Assembly (NCBI GenBank): GCA_048213135.1 | Contig: PS015201.1 | Span: forward strand, 90,619-110,618 | From: Reclinomonas americana ATCC 50394 | Taxonomy: Eukaryota | Reading direction: 5' to 3' | Length of the DNA stretch: 20,000 nucleotides | Part shown: piece by piece, positions 18,242-20,000 of the stretch | Layout: every line of letters starts with the position of its first letter | How positions within the stretch are numbered: position 1 is the first letter of the stretch | Made by a program: the position numbers and the translations under genes | The notes under the pieces: generated by a model | Database searches by the model: none | The model's input: only the letters and a program-made list of their open reading frames with translations | Told to the model about the DNA's origin: nothing

Positions 18242-19273
18242 ATGAACGCCTCCTCCGACCCACGCTCTCCCTTTCGCACCAGCTTCACCTCGGTGGCCGT
18301 CACACGCGACGCGCAGTACATTATCTGCGGCAGCGTGGACGGCTCTGTGCATGTGAGGTCAACATCAAGTGGCCAACTGGTGCGACGCTGTGTGGGCCAC
18401 ACGGGCGACGTCAACGCAGTGGCCGTAGTGCGTGGCGAGGAGAGCGAGGAGGGCGCCAGCGCAGGCGAGCAGCGATTCGTCAGCGCCTCCAGCGACAAGA
18501 CGTTGCGCGTGTGGTCGCTCGCCACCGGACAAACAGTGCGCACACTCGCCGGCCACGACGGCGCCGTGACGTGCCTGGCCGCCTCACGCGATGGGCGACT
18601 CGTGGCCAGTGGGTGCAGTCGGCCAGAATTCGGAGTGCGCTTGTGGGGCGCCACGGGAGGTGCGCCACGACCGCCGGCGCTCTACCTGCTCACGGCGCAC
18701 ACCAACACCGTGACCGCTGTTGACATTTCGCGCGACAGTCGCCTGGTCGTGAGCGGTGGCGCCGACTGCATCGTCAATCTGTGGTCCGTGGCCACGGGCG
18801 ATATCGTGTGCTCGATTGGTGACATGGATCGAGCGTGCGCCGTGCGCGCAGTGGCGTTTTCGGGCAGCGGACATTTCGCGTTTGTCGGCACCACTGCTCC
18901 CGCGGTGGAGGTGTGCTCGGTGCCAGGTGAGCAGGAGGAGCAGCAGCAAAAGGACGCACCCGACGGGGACGACGATGAGCTGGCCGCCGTGCACCAGCTG
19001 CCGGGCCATAGCCATGGAGGAACGCTGTGCACGTGCATGGCGGTGCGGGAGGACGGCCGCATGCTGGCCACAGGTGGCGCCGACGGTCGCTGCGCGGTGG
19101 TGTCGCTCGCCACGGGCGAGGTGGTGAGCAGCGTGGACCACAACGAGTGGGTGATGGGTGTGGCGTTCACGCCAGAAGGCCGTCACGTGGTCACCTGCAG
19201 TCGCGACTGCACGATCAGAGTGGCGCGAGTGGACAGTGGGCTGGTGGAGCGGGTATTAGAGTCGGCGGGGTAG
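18242..19273 (+). CDS. WD40-repeat beta-propeller protein
   Basis: About 6-7 WD repeats: GHTGDVNAVAV...SASSDKTLRVWS; GHDGAVTCLAASRDGRLVASG; AHTNTVTAVDISRDSRLVVSGGADCIVNLWS; DHNEWVMGVAFTPEGRHVVTCSRDCTIRV. The start is uncertain: in-frame ATGs at 18035, 18077 and 18242, and a possible acceptor at 18218. Confidence 0.88.
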   Translation: MNASSDPRSPFRTSFTSVAVTRDAQYIICGSVDGSVHVRSTSSGQLVRRCVGHTGDVNAVAVVRGEESEEGASAGEQRFVSASSDKTLRVWSLATGQTVRTLAGHDGAVTCLAASRDGRLVASGCSRPEFGVRLWGATGGAPRPPALYLLTAHTNTVTAVDISRDSRLVVSGGADCIVNLWSVATGDIVCSIGDMDRACAVRAVAFSGSGHFAFVGTTAPAVEVCSVPGEQEEQQQKDAPDGDDDELAAVHQLPGHSHGGTLCTCMAVREDGRMLATGGADGRCAVVSLATGEVVSSVDHNEWVMGVAFTPEGRHVVTCSRDCTIRVARVDSGLVERVLESAG

Positions 19274-20000
19274 CAGTGGTAAAAAAGAGAAGCAGCGCTT
19301 GATCTGCAGGGGGGTGTCTGCGACTTGGTTGTGCAGAAAGGAAAAATAGTCATGAACAGCGGAAGAAGCAGTGGTCGCTCTGCAGGTGGGCGTCCACTGC
19401 GACTTGTCTTCTCAGTGGTGGTCTGTGGGCGGCACCTCCACATCAGGTGGAGAGAGGCCGTACAGAGGACTGAGGCAGTGGAGCGCCCACTTGTCGACGT
19501 CTTCTTTCACGATCGCTGACGCGTACGCTTCCGATCGATCATCGCGAAGGCTGGCGCACTCCGCAGCAGGTGGGAGAGGCAAATAGTCAAGAGGACTGGC
19601 AGTGGCTCTGCAGTGGAGCGCTTGCCTCGGATTCAACACCACAAAGTTGCAGCAGTCATCTTGCATGCAGTCTGACTTGTCTTCTCAACAGCGCAGCAGT
19701 TTGGGAAACACAAGAGGACTGAAGCAGTGGCACTGCAGTGAGGCACCCTCACCCACACCACACAGACAAGCAAACAGGGCATGCGTTGGCGCCTCCCATT
19801 TCCCTCCTCCCTCCCACTCTTCTGTTTTTGGCAAGTTTCTTTTTATCAACAAGGGGGAATAGAGTATCTTTTTTCTTCTTCTCAACCACAGCACACACTC
19901 ACACACACCGCAGCAACAAAGGAGGAGACGAGTCTCTCCTGCGCGCATGCGGCTGCTGTGCGTGTGCACGTGGCGCTGCGTACATAATCATCATTGTTTT

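Noticed and set aside
19274-20000. Short ORFs and weak gcagtgg-containing repeats after the WD40 gene
   Set aside because: I could not build a convincing gene model or regular repeat period.
1-20000. Transposase, reverse transcriptase, rRNA or tRNA genes
   Set aside because: No such motifs, terminal repeats or cloverleaf structures were recognised by eye.

Overview
Gene-dense eukaryotic (protist-like) genomic DNA with GT-AG spliceosomal introns. Many introns are ~50-65 nt; others are long and filled with CT- or GA-rich low-complexity sequence. There are two assembly gaps (11724-12035, 13212-13725). The ORF track is misleading here, so I rebuilt gene models by hand from splice sites and reading-frame phase. 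All supported genes are on the + strand: (1) the 3' end of an IRAK/Pelle-like kinase; (2) an ankyrin + coiled-coil + IRAK/Pelle/RLK-like kinase; (3) a Cys-rich/hydrophobic (PLAC8-like) + Pro-rich + RBR (RING1-IBR-RING2) E3 ligase; (4) an ankyrin + RBR E3 ligase; (5) an unknown signal-peptide protein spanning the gaps; (6) a mitochondrial alternative oxidase; (7) a WD40 protein. The main observation is the ~10.7 kb cluster of genes 1-4. A three-exon ankyrin cassette with identical intron phases and a 14-nt microexon is joined to a kinase in one gene and to an RBR ligase in another. The RBR cassette is itself a recent duplicate carrying two unrelated N-termini. This looks like local exon shuffling producing a combinatorial sensor-kinase/sensor-ubiquitin-ligase locus, possibly immune-like (inference).
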